Assembly: GCA_002633005.1 (NCBI GenBank)
Contig: NMRA01000083.1
Location: forward strand, 587,161 to 651,160
Direction of reading: 5' to 3'
DNA from: Phoronis australis
Lineage: Eukaryota > Animalia > Phoronida
DNA length: 64,000 bases
The translations under genes were made by a program, and so were the position numbers. Below the pieces are notes generated by a model that saw nothing but the letters and a program-made list of their open reading frames with translations, was not told where the DNA came from and made no database searches. Positions 14,301 through 29,300 of the stretch are shown here, piece after piece. Positions within the stretch are counted from its first letter, which is position 1. Every line of letters begins with the position of its first letter.

Positions 14301-17300
14301 CTGAAACCTAACACATCTATTTTGGCTTATTGTTATCACAATCTAATTATACCTAGGGATTGAGCTTTGGACGCACTTTTCTGGGGACATATGTCGAACA
14401 TAAATATATTGCCATGAAGTCATCTGTTACTGGGGGGGGGGGGGTAATTATGCTCTCTGCTTTGTACAAAAGGCCCTAAGATCAGCACTCATGATTAACA
14501 GGCCTCTTCATGTAAAATCCATCAACAAAGCACAAGACTGTTAGCAGTTATTAGTAATGACTGCTAACAACCTGTATATTATTAATAATTTTTGTTTGGT
14601 ATCAACCCCATGCAGTTACTGTTTTGCTTCATTGGTACATAATCTACTTCCATTTAAAAACTGTACATACCTGCAACTGAACAAGTTAAGTCCCCGTTTT
14701 ACAGTTCTTTCTTTTTTTCCAGGAAACTTGGACATAAAAAATATTGCGCTGCACAACAAATTTGAAAAAGGATTACAAAAGCTGCGATCTCATAATCTGA
14801 TGAAAGAAATCAGTCATGTAAGAGCCCCTTGGTTATAAATTTGGAAGATGTGAATTGTCCTCTCCTGATCAATGTTGTCTATATTTTATATGTTATCGAG
14901 GTCATGGTTTCTTTTCAGGCGTAAGGCTCGATAATTGAAATAGACATGTTTATGATACTCTTGAACACATCCCAAAACCTTGGGTTTCATTTGGTTCTAC
15001 TTCTCCATGTTTAAGTGTAATACGACATGCAGAATAGTACAATTTCATTTCATCAAAATTTTGAGTGAACAAGAAGACAGTTTTACTTGATTAATAGAAA
15101 ACCTTATATATTACAACTGTCATCAACAAACACACTATGAAGTTTTGAACCTTTTTTGAAATACAATGAGCATCTGTGAAATGAAAAAAGACAGTTTTAG
15201 TCATTGTTTTTGCTCGAATTTGAGGAAACTTTACCGACAAGTTAATGTTTTGTGAATGTGTGTATTTTATGTTACTTTATTATGGTGATTGATAATACGT
15301 ACTGTCTGTTTCATTGCACTGTTAATGGATCACTGTCTTTTTCAGAAGTCATCTAAATGCATAACGGATATCGATGTAAACAATCAAGCTGGGAGTAAGT
15401 TTCGTTTGAGGCCACAAGATAGTGGGACAGACATTCAAGAGACATTGGGGTCTGGTAGAGGCTGCAGGTGTAGTGCACAAGAAAACAGAACAGCAATGTC
15501 GGGTAGAAGCACACCTGATTATACACGGGTTCAGGTGAGAATAAACTGTGTAGTAGTCACTAATCTCACAAACTGTGTAGTCGTCACCAATCTCACAAAC
15601 TGTGTAGTAGTCACCAATCTCACAAATTGTGTAGTAGTCACCAATCTCACAAACTTGCAATGTTAGAGTTCTCGTAGTGGTTGATCAAAAGAGTTTTGCC
15701 TGACATTGTTTTCAAATGAAGAGAGCACATTGTCAAACCAATCTCATGTGACAACCCAAGGGAATTGACGTAGAAACCCCAAACACAACTGAGTTTCTGA
15801 AGCTTGTCATACTCCAGTTCTGGTCAAAAGCTTAGAACGTGAACTGGTAAGGGGGTTTCCGAAACTGTACTACGTAAAGTGGGCCTTTCCACTCCAGTCT
15901 CTCACACAAGGTTCACGTGAGTGGTGAAAATGGTAGCGTTTAGAAAGATATACGCACTGTCCTCTCAGGGGTCATTTTTGCCAACAGTTAGTTTGTTTCA
16001 TGTATAAAGCGAAAATTGATGTCAAAATACGTTCAGTCTGCCATAAATTGATTAATACAGCGATAAGTGAAGATCTCTTTCCCCTGCATATGCATTATAC
16101 GGTAAGATCTTCCCATTTGGTTTCAACTCCAGCTGATAGTAGTTTTTCATGCTGTAAACAGTTGCTTTAAGTGAGATCAGGATCACACTCAGATCATTCA
16201 GGTGTGAGCTATTTAGTCTGACTGGGTTTTATTCAACTCTGGTTTCCACTTGTCATCAAGGGAGTGATTCTCTGGGTCACCTCTGAGGGTAGTTATTAAT
16301 TCTTATCTGGATCTAAGGCCTCACAGCTCCCGGGCTGTGCTTTCCATTTTTCCGTGGGCCATGAAAACCAATGAAAACCCAAAAATATGAAAAGAGAAGT
16401 AAGAATTAAACCAAGTAATAATGATTTTGTGGAAAACAACTCACTGGATTTGCCTCAGCTGAATGCATATGACGAAAGCGTGGGGAATACTGTCAACATA
16501 TTCAGGCACACTAAATGAAACATGTTTTTGTTTTAATGGAAGGGTGAAAAAACTTCTCAAGAACCTTGTTTATGCTTACAGTATCTGAAAAGACTTTTCT
16601 TCGTTTTCAAGTACCGTGAAAAATAATCAATTTAAAGCATCCTTAAAAGGGGACTGTAGTCAAAATAATGTTGCAGTTAATCAGTTCTAACATACAAATA
16701 AAACTCACATTTGCCTGACTTGCGTGCCAAACTAAAGCCAATTCGAATTCATGGTCAAAACACTGAATTCTGAAAGCGATCGCTGATTGGCTGATGTGTC
16801 AGTGACGTGAACGGCGGGGTCATCGGCTGTTTTACACATTCATTGCTTATGTCATATTTGAAGAGTTTACATCGTAATTTATCATTGTATAAATCGTCCT
16901 TATTTTTTATTTTTTATTGTTTACCACAGTGCTGTAAAAGGTTCGCTATGCCTTTTTGTATGGCACCTGGTTGCTCAAACTCTTCGAAAAAGGCGTCTTC
17001 TAAAGGGATGGTCATCGCATACCATCGCCGGGTTACCCAAGCCTTGGCCCAAAGCTCAGTGTAGATATGGGCCTACAGGTTTTAGCCGATATGGGTAAAA
17101 TATGTACAAATAAAATCTGACTCAAATAAATGTCCTTAAAACTAAGTCATCCTTGAGTAAACCTANCTTTATAATAGTACAGCTGTCATCAACAAACACA
17201 CTATGAAATTTTGAACCTTTTTTGCAATACAATGAGCATCTGTAAAATGAAAAAAGACAGTTTTAGCCATTGTTTTTGCTCAAATTTGAGGAAACTTTAC

Positions 17301-20300
17301 CGCCAAGTTAATGTTTTGTGTGTATTTTATGTTACTTTATTATGGTGGTTGATAATACTGTCTGTTTCATTGCACAATTAATGCATCACTGTCTTTTTCA
17401 GAAGTCGCCCAAATGCATATCGGATATCGATGTAAACAATCAAGCTGGGAGTAAGTTTCTTTTGAGGCCAAAAAATAGTGGGACAGACATTCAAGAGACA
17501 TTGGGGTCTGGTGGAGGCCACAGGGGTAGTGCACAAGAAAACACGACAATGTCAGGTAGAAGCACACCTGATTATACACGGGTTCAGGTGAGAATAAACT
17601 ATGTAGTAGTCACCAACCTCACAAACTATGTAGTAGTCACCAATCTCACAAACTTGCGATGTTAGAGTTCTCATAGTGGTTGATCAAAAGAGTTTGTGGC
17701 ATTGTTTTCAAATGAAGAGAGTACATTGTCAAACCAATCTCATGTGACAACCCAAGGGAATTGACGTAGAAACCCCAAACATAACTGAGTTTCTGAAGCT
17801 TGTCATACTCCAGTTCTGGTCAAAAGCTTAGAACGTGAACTGGTAAGGGTGTTTCCGAAACTGTACTACGTAAAGTGAGCCTTTCCAGTCTCTCACACAA
17901 GGTTCACGTGAGTGGTGAAAATGGTAGAAAGATATACGCACTGTCCTCTCAGGGGTCATTTTTGCCAACAGTTAGTTTGTTTCATGTCAAAGCGAAAATT
18001 GATGTCAAAATACGTTCAGTCTGCCATAAATTGATTAATACAGCGATAAGTGAAGATCTCTTTCCCCTGCATATGCATTATACGGTAAAATCTTCCCATT
18101 TGGTTTCAACTCCAGCTGATAGTGGTTTTTCATGCTGTAAACAGTTGCTTTAAGTGAGATCAGGATCACACTCAGATCATTCAGGTGTGAGCTGTTTAGT
18201 CTGACTGGGTTTTATTCAATTCTGGTTTCCACTTGTCATCAAGGGTGTGATTCTATTCACTGGGTCACCTCTGAGGGTAGTTATTAATTCTTATCTGGAT
18301 CTAAGGCCTCAAAGCTCCCGGGCTGTGCTTTCCATTTTTCCGTGGGCCATAAAAACCAATGAAAACCCAAAAATATGAAAAGAGAAGTAAGAATTAAACC
18401 AAGTAATAATGATTTTGTCGAAAACAACTCACTGGATTTGCCTCAGCTGAGTGCATATGACGAAAGCGTGGGAAATACTGTCAACTTATTCAGGCACACT
18501 AAATGAAACATGTTTTTGTTTTAATGGAAGGGTGAAAAAACTTCTCAAGAACCTTGTTTATGCTTACAGTTCCTGAAAAGACTTTTATTCGTTTTCAAGT
18601 ACCATGAAAAATTATCAATGTGGTTACGTATTTCCGCCATTGTCTTAGCTTCGTGTTTTCTGATTAGACACATTCTTATATATCATAGCATTGAAAATCA
18701 GCAATGAAGTAGTAATTATATGTAAGCTGGTACCATACCTGTACATGCCGTCTATGATGAGGGCATGTTCAGAACATGTAATTTAAGACCAAATCTAGAT
18801 ATCAATCTAATCCATTCTTAAGCATTCTGGTACTGTTTTGTTCGACACCACAAACTGGCAAGCCAATTGTCTGCCATGGTTAAAAGAGGTACTAAAACCA
18901 TTCATGTTGAACATATGTACCTACCATAATATGTATGTGCATCACAAGCTTGTTACCTGAGATGATGGTGAAATAAAGTCATTTGTTATGACTAAATACA
19001 AATACAAAGAATAGGTATGAAAAAAAAATACAATTTTTTGTAAAAAAATAATGACTGGTAAGGTGGGCAGTAAAAAGAGCAACACAGGTATGAAAAGATG
19101 CCAAAAGTGAGGGGAGCTAGTGGGTGGGTAAAATAGCTGAATTTTGAAATAGCCGTGCTGTATTGAAATTCTTTATCCCACCACACGACATACAGGTCTT
19201 TGGAAGACAGGCATTGTGCGCCACATCCAGATCCATGTGATATGGACGGAAGGTTTGAGCCTACTGGTGTTTTAACATCTTTCCTGCTATCATAATGCAG
19301 GCAAATTTGCACTGTTGTGAGATGTGCTAATGTCTTATGAAAAAGGCAAACCTTTTGAAATAGCAATGGATGAACAAGGGCATCATGTAATCCATTCATT
19401 TTCTTCTGGGTAGAAGAATCTGTCACAAAGCCAGTTTACTGATGATTTCATAAGGTTTTAAATGCCATATTTTTTATTTTCACTCAAGCCACTTATGTAA
19501 AAATAAAATTGACATTTAAAATCTTAGGAAATTTAAATTTATTCAAGTGTTATTTGCTTATATACTAATGGTTAAAAGTGTACAGTTAATGTATGTTAAT
19601 AATATTTTCTGTGTAAATATTGATTTCCAAGAGAAAACAGCAGCATTTCTTAAAACAACGCTTATGTAGGTGTTCACTCATTTTTCTTATGAATATCTTC
19701 ACTTGTACTTGTATACTCTAATGTCATTTCTCATCTGTTGTGTGGTAGTGGTCATCTTTGTTCATTTGGTTGGAGTGGTATTCAATACCATTAGTTGAGA
19801 TTACAATGTGTTGCATAACTTGGCTATGCTTTAAGGTATTGTATGCATAAACCTGTGCTCTGTTTACCTAAATGGTTATCTGAGTTGATTTACTCTGTAT
19901 GAGAACTGATTGAGGCTTTTAAGCCAAGTTGCAAACACCTAGTCTGCTGTGATTGGTTCAAAGTGAAGGTCACCTGACATTATGACCCACACAAGACACT
20001 TTTGGCAAACACTTATGGAAATTACTCAAGTGGCTTTCAACTGTTTTGCACCAATAGATACTGAGACTAGGCAGTCAAGTAGTGCATCTAAACAATCAAT
20101 TTCTTGAAAATTAAAGACTTGTCAAAGTTGTCTATATTAGAGACCTGACTACCTGCCTACAGGACATACTGAAATTGGATCACATACTTAGTAGAGAAAT
20201 CATGGGTTTCTATAAACTTCCTTTTCAGGTACGACTGTGGACCAATGCTATGGTTCTGGAGTGGTTAGACTCTGTGGGTTTAGACAAGTTTAAACATATG

Positions 20301-23300
20301 TTTAAAGGTGAGTTATTAGAACTTTGAATGTTCTCAACTTTTCTCAGCATAATCTGTGATTTTGTCGGTAAAAATACTCCAGCTTTTACAATGTGTTGTT
20401 TCTAATCTTTGTGCAAAATTTTTCGACGTTCTTAAAGTCTTCACTCTTCCTTATTTAAGAAGAGCCTGTTTCTAAAAATGTTAAATGTCAACGCATACAT
20501 TGTCAGTCTTGCCGTAATAAATCTTAAAAATATGATTGCAGGCAATTCTGTATACGTTGTATCCGCTTAGCTAATCACCTGGAACCATTTTTATGCTTTT
20601 TTGATATATAGATGAAAGTGACCTTATACGGATGTTTCTGTTTCAGCTAAGAATATTACAGGCGAGCAGTTAGTTAACATTGACATAAAATTACTTGGTG
20701 AGTAAGTTACAGTTATTTTCTAAATTATGAGATTAGCTCTTGCAATGGGAATGGTAATTCAAGAAGGAATGTTTCTTTGTTCTAATTTAGGGGTTTTGAA
20801 TTATACATGAATGAATTCATCACCCATGCGTTTATTGCGTTTTAAACAAAATATTTTTTAGTTGTAAAATGTACAAAAACGAATTTTAAAAAGTTTTTAA
20901 AGTTTTCTTCAATATATTCGTAGGGTTTTTCTTTCATAAGATAACCCATTCAAATCATGCCTTCTGTATCTGAGCAAGACTGCAAGATTGACTTAATGAA
21001 GTCACGCTGAACTTGTCACTCTATTAGAAAATGATAATTTGGGGGTGGATGTATTTTGTTTTACGGACCGTTCTTAACTGTTTGTTCACTATATTCGCCC
21101 CAATAAGCGCCCATGCCGTTATAAGCGCCCCCCACGGGTTTTCAGACTTCGCTAAAATATGAACATAGCCCATGAACATGTACATGTGAAAACTTTCTTA
21201 CCTACAGTTTAAAAATTCTACAGTAACGTCTTCAATTTATCGATGAGACCTGACAGTCCTGAAAAAATCACTGTGTGCAGAATTTGTAGACCACAAGCCT
21301 CGCTCACGGGTTCCCTACGTGCCTATCCAGCACGCAGGTATCACGCACTGGCACATGCTTTAGCATTGGTTGATGTATTCTCAGCAGTCACTGGTTAGCT
21401 TTAAAAATGGCAGACTGTGAACGAGTTTTAGCCTTTTCATGCAAGTGGCGTCACAGCAACTATTTCGTTTCTACAGTGATGTTTAATAGCCGCGTGCTTG
21501 AAGATCATACCTGTACAATAAACACATATCTGGCCAATTTAACCGGTGTGTTATTCATACTGTGTCATCGACAGTAGAAAGACTAACTGTATTTCTCAAA
21601 AAAATTTTGCCAAAATTATTTTCTATTTTTTTAAAGACTGGTTACCTTCTTATAAATAATGGGAACTTAATTCACAAAATGCTGTCTCATAACATCTACA
21701 CAGTGCACACTAAGCTTGTAATAGAATAAAAATTCTTTAACATTTCTCTTTGTTGTGAAATTTCATCAAAATTCTGTTTCACTCGCCTGCTATGTTATAT
21801 GCTAAATAGGTAACAAATTACCACCAACATAAATGTGTGTTCCAGTATGAGTAAGTTAACAGAAATGTACCCTAATTCAACTGTATGATTGACCTTGACT
21901 TTGGCATTGATTGCAGACGACATGCACATTTGCACAACAAGTGACCGAGAAGAGATTCTTGCCAGTATCTATCACCTCATGAGCAACAATAATGGTTCTA
22001 ACCAGAACCTGCAAAGGTCAGACTCTGGATGCAGCCTAGCAAAGGTTGAACCCCTTACAAGGTCATCCAGTGCTGGGTCAACTCCTCCTCTGTCGCCGTC
22101 TCCAAGGACACCACCAGTGATTGACAAGTCTGTTATTGTGAAACAGGATAGTGGGAAGAAGAAAAAAAAGGGGCAAGTAGATTATTTTGGGAATTGATGG
22201 CTTTGTTCTTTAAGTGGATTTTAGGGCAATGGAATAATTNGACAGTGTATTTGCCTCTGACATCTCGTTCGAATGTCGGGTATCTCGTGACTTTTCGCAT
22301 AGGGGCGGAGCTTGCGATAGGTCAATTGTCTACCATGGTTAAAAGAGGTACTTAAACCATTCATGTTTGACATATGTATCTACCATAATAAGTATGTGCA
22401 TTACAAGCTTGTTACCTGAGATGATGGTGAAATACAGTCATTTGTTATGACGAAATACAAAAACAAAGAATAGGTACGAAAATAAAATAAAATTATTTGT
22501 AAAAAATGATATCTGGTAAGATGGGCAATAAAAAGTGCAACACAGGTATGAAAAGATGCCAAAAGTGAGGGGAGCTAGTGGGTTGGTAAAATAGCTGAAT
22601 TTTGATATAGCCGTGCTGTATTGAAATTCTTTATCCCACCACACGACATACAGGTCTTTGGTGGACAGGCGTTCTGCGCCACCTCCAGATCCATGTAATA
22701 TGGACGGAAGGTTTGAGCCTACTGGTGTTTTAACATCTTTCCTGCTATCATATAAGATGTCGGCAAATTTGCGCTGTTGTGAGATATGCTAATGTCTTAC
22801 GAAAAAGGCAAACCGTTTGAAATTGCAATGGATGAACATTAGGACATCATGTTTCATTCATTTTCCTCTGCGTAGAAGAATCTGCCACAAAGCCAGTGGC
22901 TGCGGCTGAGAATTTCTACCTTAGATGGCGCCGAAAAGCTAAAATAAAGTGCACTTGCAACTAATCAAACAGTGAAATTTATTCTTTTGCTTTTAAATTA
23001 TTGATCCACTATGTAATAATTGGAATTCTGTCCACCAAATGTGAGTCGAGATCAAGCGGAAGTCATTTTCGTACTCTTACTACTCTAGAGAGCGCTGAAA
23101 GGTCCCATGTTGAGGAGTGTTTGGACACATACGTCTATGTAGCTGACGCAAGGAAACTGAACTGAAACATGTGAGGTTGCATATAAAGAAAATTCCTATA
23201 GACACATGACAATCAGCCTGTGAGAGCCGGAAGCTGACCAAACTCATAACATGGACCAATTAAAAAATGACTCTAACTTATTTTCTACAAGAAGTTTAAT

Positions 23301-26300
23301 TTCACTGGAACCCATCGTGTAAGAAAAATCACCAGATTTAGTCAACAATATATCAATTTACATATTTTGGCCAGTGTTTCATTGCTGTAAAGCCATTTCT
23401 AATGTGATAATTGCTCTACTCCACACAATAGAACATTAGATCAGATTTCCTGATAAACACGCCTCTTGACAACAGCTGGACTTGTACAAATCTGTTGACC
23501 AAGTACAAGGTACTGTGAAAGGATTGAGTTTGTATTGTATGTACTTTGAAGCAAGCCATCTAGCGGGTTGCAAAAGTTTTGTGGTAACTCAAACAACCAG
23601 CAAGTTCCAACAAAAGTGACACGTCCAATTGTTCACCAATGAGTGGTGTTTTCGCTACAGGCGAGAGTGTTAGTTAAAACCATTTTTGCCAGTTTGGGAA
23701 CTGGTGTCGGTCAAAAGCCCATCCATGGAATGCCAGGCTAGTGGAGAATAACTAAAATTTGAATCTGGTCAGCACCATTGTGTAAATCCTGTTTAGTTTA
23801 CTGATGATTTCATAAGGTTTCAAATGCCATATTTTTTATTTTCACACAAGCCACTTATATAAAAATAAAATTGACATTTAAAATCTTAGGAAATTTAAAT
23901 AAACTCAAGTGTTATTATTTGCTTATATATATACTAATGGTTAAAAGTGTACAGTTAACTTATGTTAATAGTATTTTCTGTGTAAATGTTGATTTCCAAT
24001 AGAAAACAGCATTTCTTGAAACAACGCTTATGTAGGTGTTCACTCATTTTTCGTCTCTTGTACTTGTATACTCTAATGTCATTTCTCATCTGTTGTGTGG
24101 TAGTGGTCATCTTTGTTCATTTGGTTGGAGTGGTATTCAATACCATTAGTTGAGATTACAATGTGTTGCATAACTTGGTTATACTTTAAGGTATTGTATG
24201 CATAAACCTGTGCTCTGTTTACCTAAATGGTTATCTGCAGTTGATCTACTCTGTATGAATGCTGATTGAGGCTTTTAAGCCAAGTTGCAAACACCTAGTG
24301 TGCTGTGATTGGTTCAAAGTGAAGGTCACCTGACATTATGAACCACACAAGACACTTTTGGCAAACACTTATGGAAATTACTCAAGTGGCTTCAACTGTT
24401 TTGCACCAATAGATACTGAGACTAGGCAGTCAAGTAGTACATCTAAACAATCAATTTCTTGAAAATTAAAGACTTGTCAAGGTTTTCTGTATTAGAGACC
24501 TGACTACCTGCCTACAGGACATACTGTGAGAAACTGAAATTGGATCACATACTTAGTACAGAAATCATGGGTTTCTATAAACTTCCTTTCCAGGTACGAC
24601 TGTGGACCAACGCTATGGTTCTGGAGTGGTTAGATTCTGTGGGTTTAGACAAGTTTAAACATCTGTTTAAAGGTGAGTTATTAGAACTTTGAATGTTCTC
24701 AACTTTCCTCAGCATAATCTGTGATTTTGTCGGTAAAAATACTCCAGCTTTTACAATGTGTTGTTTCTAATCTTTGTGCAACAAATTTTCCGACGTTCTT
24801 AAAGTCTTCACTCTTCCTTACCGTATTTAAGAAGTGCCTGTTTCTAAAAATGTTTAATGTCAACGCATACATTGTCAGTCTTGCCGTAAGAAATCTTAAA
24901 AATATGATTGCAGGCAATTCGGTATACGTTGTATCCGCTTAGCTAATCACCTGGAACCATTTTTATGCTTTTTTAATGTATAGATGAAAGTGACCTTACA
25001 CATACGGATGTTTCTGTTTCAGCTCAGAATATTACAGGCGAGCAGTTAGTTAACATTGACATAAAATTACTTGGTGAGTAAGTCACAGTTATTTTCTAAA
25101 TTATGAGATTAGTTCTTGCAATGGGAATGGTAATTCAAGAAGGAATGTTTCTTTGTTCTAATTTAGGGGTTTTGAATTATACATGAATGAATTCATCACC
25201 CATGCGTTCATTGTGTTATAAACAAAATAATTTTTAGTTGTAAAATGTACAAAAACGAATTTTAAAAAGTTTTTAAAGTTTTCTTCAGTATTTTCGTAGG
25301 GTTTTTCTTTCATTAGATAACCCATTCAAATCATGCCTTCTGTATCTGAGCAAGACTGCAAGATTGACTTAATGAAGTCGCACTGAACTTGTCTCTATTA
25401 GAAAATGATAATTTGGGGGTGGATGTATTTTGTTTTACAGACCGTTCTAAACTGTTTGTTCATTATATTCGCCCCAATAAGCGCCCATGCCGCTATAAGC
25501 GCCCCCCACGGGTTTTCAGACTTCGCTAAAATATGAACATAGCCCATGAACATGTACATGTGAAAACTTTCTTACCTACAGTTTAAAAATTCTGACAGTA
25601 ACGTCTTCAATTTATCGATGAGACCTGACAGTCCTGAAAAAATCACTGTGTGCAGAATTTGTAGACCACAAGCCTCGCTCACAGGTTCCCTACGTGCCTA
25701 TCCAGCACGCAGGTATCATGCAGTGGCAAACGCTTTAGCATTGGTTGATGTAAACTCAGCAGTCATTGGTTAGCTTTAAAAATGGCAGACTGTGAACGAG
25801 TTTTAGCCTTTTCATGCAAGTGGCGTCACAGCAACTATTTCGTTTCTACAGTGATGTTTAATAGCCGCGTGCTTGAAGCTCATACCTGTACAATAAACAC
25901 ATATCTGGCCAATTTAACCGGTGTGTTATTCATACTGTGTCATCGACAGTAGAAAGACTAACTGTATTTCTCAAAAAAAAATTTGCCAAAATTATTTTCT
26001 ATTTTTTTAAAGACTGGTTACCTTCTTATAAATAATGGTAACTTCACAAAATGCTGTCTCCTAACATCTACACAGTGCACACTAAGCTTGTAATAGAATA
26101 AAAATTCTTTAATACTTCTCTTTGTTGTGAAATTTCATCAAAATTCTGTTTCACTCACCTGCTATGTTATATGCTAAATAGGTAACAAATTACCACCAAC
26201 ATAAATGTGTGTTTCAGTATGAGTAAGTTAACAGAAATGTACCCTAATTCAACTGTATGATTGACCTTGACTTTGGCATTGATTGCAGACGACATGCACA

Positions 26301-29300
26301 TTTGCACAACAAGTGACCGAGAAGAGATTCTTGCCAGTATCTATCACCTCATGAGCAACAATAATGGTTCTAACCAGAACCTGCAAAGGTCAGACTCTGG
26401 ATGCAGCCTAGCAAAGGTTGAACCCCTTACAAGGTCATCCAGTGCTGGGTCAACTCCTCCTCTGTCGCCGTCTCCAAGGACACCACCAGTGATTGACAAG
26501 TCTGTTATTGTGAAACAGGATAGTGGGAAGAAGAAAAAAAAGGGGCAAGTAGATTATTTTGGGAATTGATGGCTTTGTTCTTTAAGTGGATTTTAGGGCA
26601 ATGGAATAATTCAATATTTACAAAACATTTAAGAACTGAGGACTAATAAAATCAATTTACAGTATATCTGAATTACTATGTTGCTTCATTTGATAAGATC
26701 ATTTAGCAGTGTTAGTGAGTTTAGGCTATGGCCTACCTTAAAATTTGTCTGAGTGTGAGCGACATCTAGTGATTCTGAGGACACCAGAAGCGGGTCTGGG
26801 GGCCATTATGTTATTGTCTGTGCATATCTTATATAGTTGTTGCTGTTACACACAAAATGTGATCTACAATGTTGAACTTGACCGTTTATGCAACTGCTCA
26901 CTGTAAGCTGTGAGTAAAAAGTGGAGATGGCAAGACCGTTGGAATGCTGGTTATCAGTTATGACTGTGATTCCCTGATAATGTGTTTCTAATTGCTTGTC
27001 ATGAACATGTCCTGAGTGAAGGCCGGCATTGTCTCATTGAAAGTAATTGGGTCTGTCAATCAACTTGAGTTAAACGCTGAGCATTCCTAAATCTGACTTG
27101 TCAAAATATTTACAGGCTACATAAGCTTAAGGAAAAGATGGCTCCAAAGATATTTGGTACAAGGTCAAAAGATAACGGTGATTGTGTGCATATCTGGAAT
27201 AATCTGGCATCTCAAGGTAGGTTACTGATCATTCTTGGTTATTTTGTTACATTCCCACATATTTGTGTGACGTTGCATATTGCTGTCGACTTCTCTGTCA
27301 ATTGTTCTGAAAATTTCCCCAGTGGTAATTTTAGTTTTTGTCTACGTTTGCCTCTGTATCTTCGGAGTTTATTAATGAATTTTCATGAAATTTGGGAAAT
27401 AAGGTTTCTGTTAAGGAGACTGTAATGACTTTCCACTTTTTGATGAATGCAACATATTTTGCGGCTATTTTTACTATTTATGAGTCTGTTTATTGGCGTG
27501 TGCCTGTTTAACCCCAAAACAGCTCAAAGAATCATGAAATCTTTCAGATGTGTTCCAACTGAGAAGAACAGCACTAAACATAATTTTTGGACTGTTGAGA
27601 CTTTTCTCTATTCCCTTGAATCAGTTTTGCATTTTTGTGCCTGGAACTTTATCTTTTTGTGAAATTTGGCAACTGAACGTGACAAGAAATGACGACAACT
27701 TTGGTATAGATCCAACTAGTGTTGTGTCCCCTTGTAGCAGTTTTAGTTTTTTACGTTTTCCTCTGCAACTTCGAATTTCCTTGACGTATTTTCATGAAAT
27801 TTGGCAGATAGTTTTCTATTAAGGAAATGACACCTTTTCCCTTCAGATTCAAATATTCTATGCCACCTAGTTACCTATTTTATTATTTTTGACCGTTCCC
27901 CTCTCTATCAGCCAAACCCCTGGAAGGACCACTCATTATAAAATTGGCAAATGTGTTCTTACTGAGATGAGCATGATTGATATGTCCGATTACTGTTTCC
28001 CTCAACTTTCCGTTTTTGTTTTTTGCGCATGTAGCTTAATATCTACCGAGAGAGGAGAGTGCAACTGACATGGAGTTTGGGACAAATCTTACAAATATGG
28101 TTTTCTTTGTGTGTATCTTGGTATCTTCTAAGTTACTCACTGAATGTTCATGAAATTTTGCAGATAAGTTGAAATGTCAACACTTGCTGCACTGCAGATG
28201 GATTTGACCTATTCTGCGCCCCCTTGTGTCCTTTTTGATATTTTTGCTGTTAATCACCTGGCAAACTGCTTGAAGAATCATGATGAAAGATGGCAGTGTG
28301 TTCCCATTGAGGAGAGCATAACTGACATACTTTGTGGCCCCAAGAGTCTAGATTAAGCAAACTAGTTTTGCTTCCTATAGTGTGTATGTTTAAAATAGTG
28401 GTCCTCTGTTGTGGTCATCCCTTGAATCTGTGCTGTGAGTGCAACAGTGTCTGTATATCAACACTCCACATTGCTCTTGTGTCAATCATCTTGTCAGAAT
28501 TCATTGGATGGACAACCCTGACGAGGAGACAGTTTGTTTGACGTTTTATTTTAGCGAAAATCTACATGTATATTGATTTTTGATCATGTATTCTTTTCTG
28601 TTAACAATGTCACACCTTCATGACCATGTTTCAGACTCCATGTCGACGACACCAGTAAAAGCAAGCGAGTCTACAACGTGTGCTGAGGTAATAAACACAC
28701 TACTTGACCAGCACGAGATCACAGATGACTTTAACTTATACTACATGGTTGAGAGTGCTGTTGATCCAGAACAAGACAGTAAGTTAACTCATGAAGTCTA
28801 ATAGGTGAACGGTAAAGTTTCTGTGTGCAATAGTAGTTATACCAAGACTGTTGTTTTTACCATTTTTCAAAAGCTTACTTCATTGCTCAAAATGTTACCA
28901 CATACATAACCAAGACAGTTGTAGAACTCAAACCTTTGTAACCTATGAGATATTTTTTATTTTTTTTCTGTTTTGTGCTGAGGCGAAATGATTTCCACCA
29001 TTCAGGTGTTCTAAGTTTAAAAATAAATATGCTAAAAGTTCACTCATTTAGACACAGTATAGCGGACAAGTGAAATTTTATTTGTTGATTTTTTCAATTT
29101 ATTTAGTCACCTGTCGGCCACACCACGTGACATGATGAGACCAACAGGTGGCGTGCAGGCCAGACTTAAAATGTTTGCGAGTCCTCTCAGTTTTTTTTAA
29201 ATAAGAATAATTAGTGTTAAATAATGGTCACTTTTTAGCTGAATTGTGACTATAAAGAGGACAAAATTGGTTTTTAATCAATTGTAAATGTAAAAGATAT

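Larger units (their letters stand above)
15112..18619. repeat. Duplicated segment pair 15112-16631 / 17178-18619, separated by n at 17166
   Basis: Colinear near-identical sequence with scattered SNPs and indels. Confidence 0.9.
18862..26611. repeat. Duplicated segment pair 18862-22239 / 22321-26611 (exons c4-c6), n at 22240
   Basis: Colinear; copy 1 ends exactly at the n; copy 2 carries 900 extra bp. Confidence 0.9.

Noticed and set aside
15289-16170. ORFs of 90-125 aa in the 15.3-16.2 kb / 17.3-18.2 kb segment as a nested gene
   Set aside because: The frames depend on a 27-bp VNTR, differ between copies by indels, and show no recognisable domain on either strand.
20229-26544. Duplicated SAM2 exons as genuine mutually exclusive exon cassettes
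   Set aside because: The introns are as similar as the exons, the first copy stops exactly at an assembly n, and tandem inclusion frameshifts. Uncollapsed alleles are more parsimonious.
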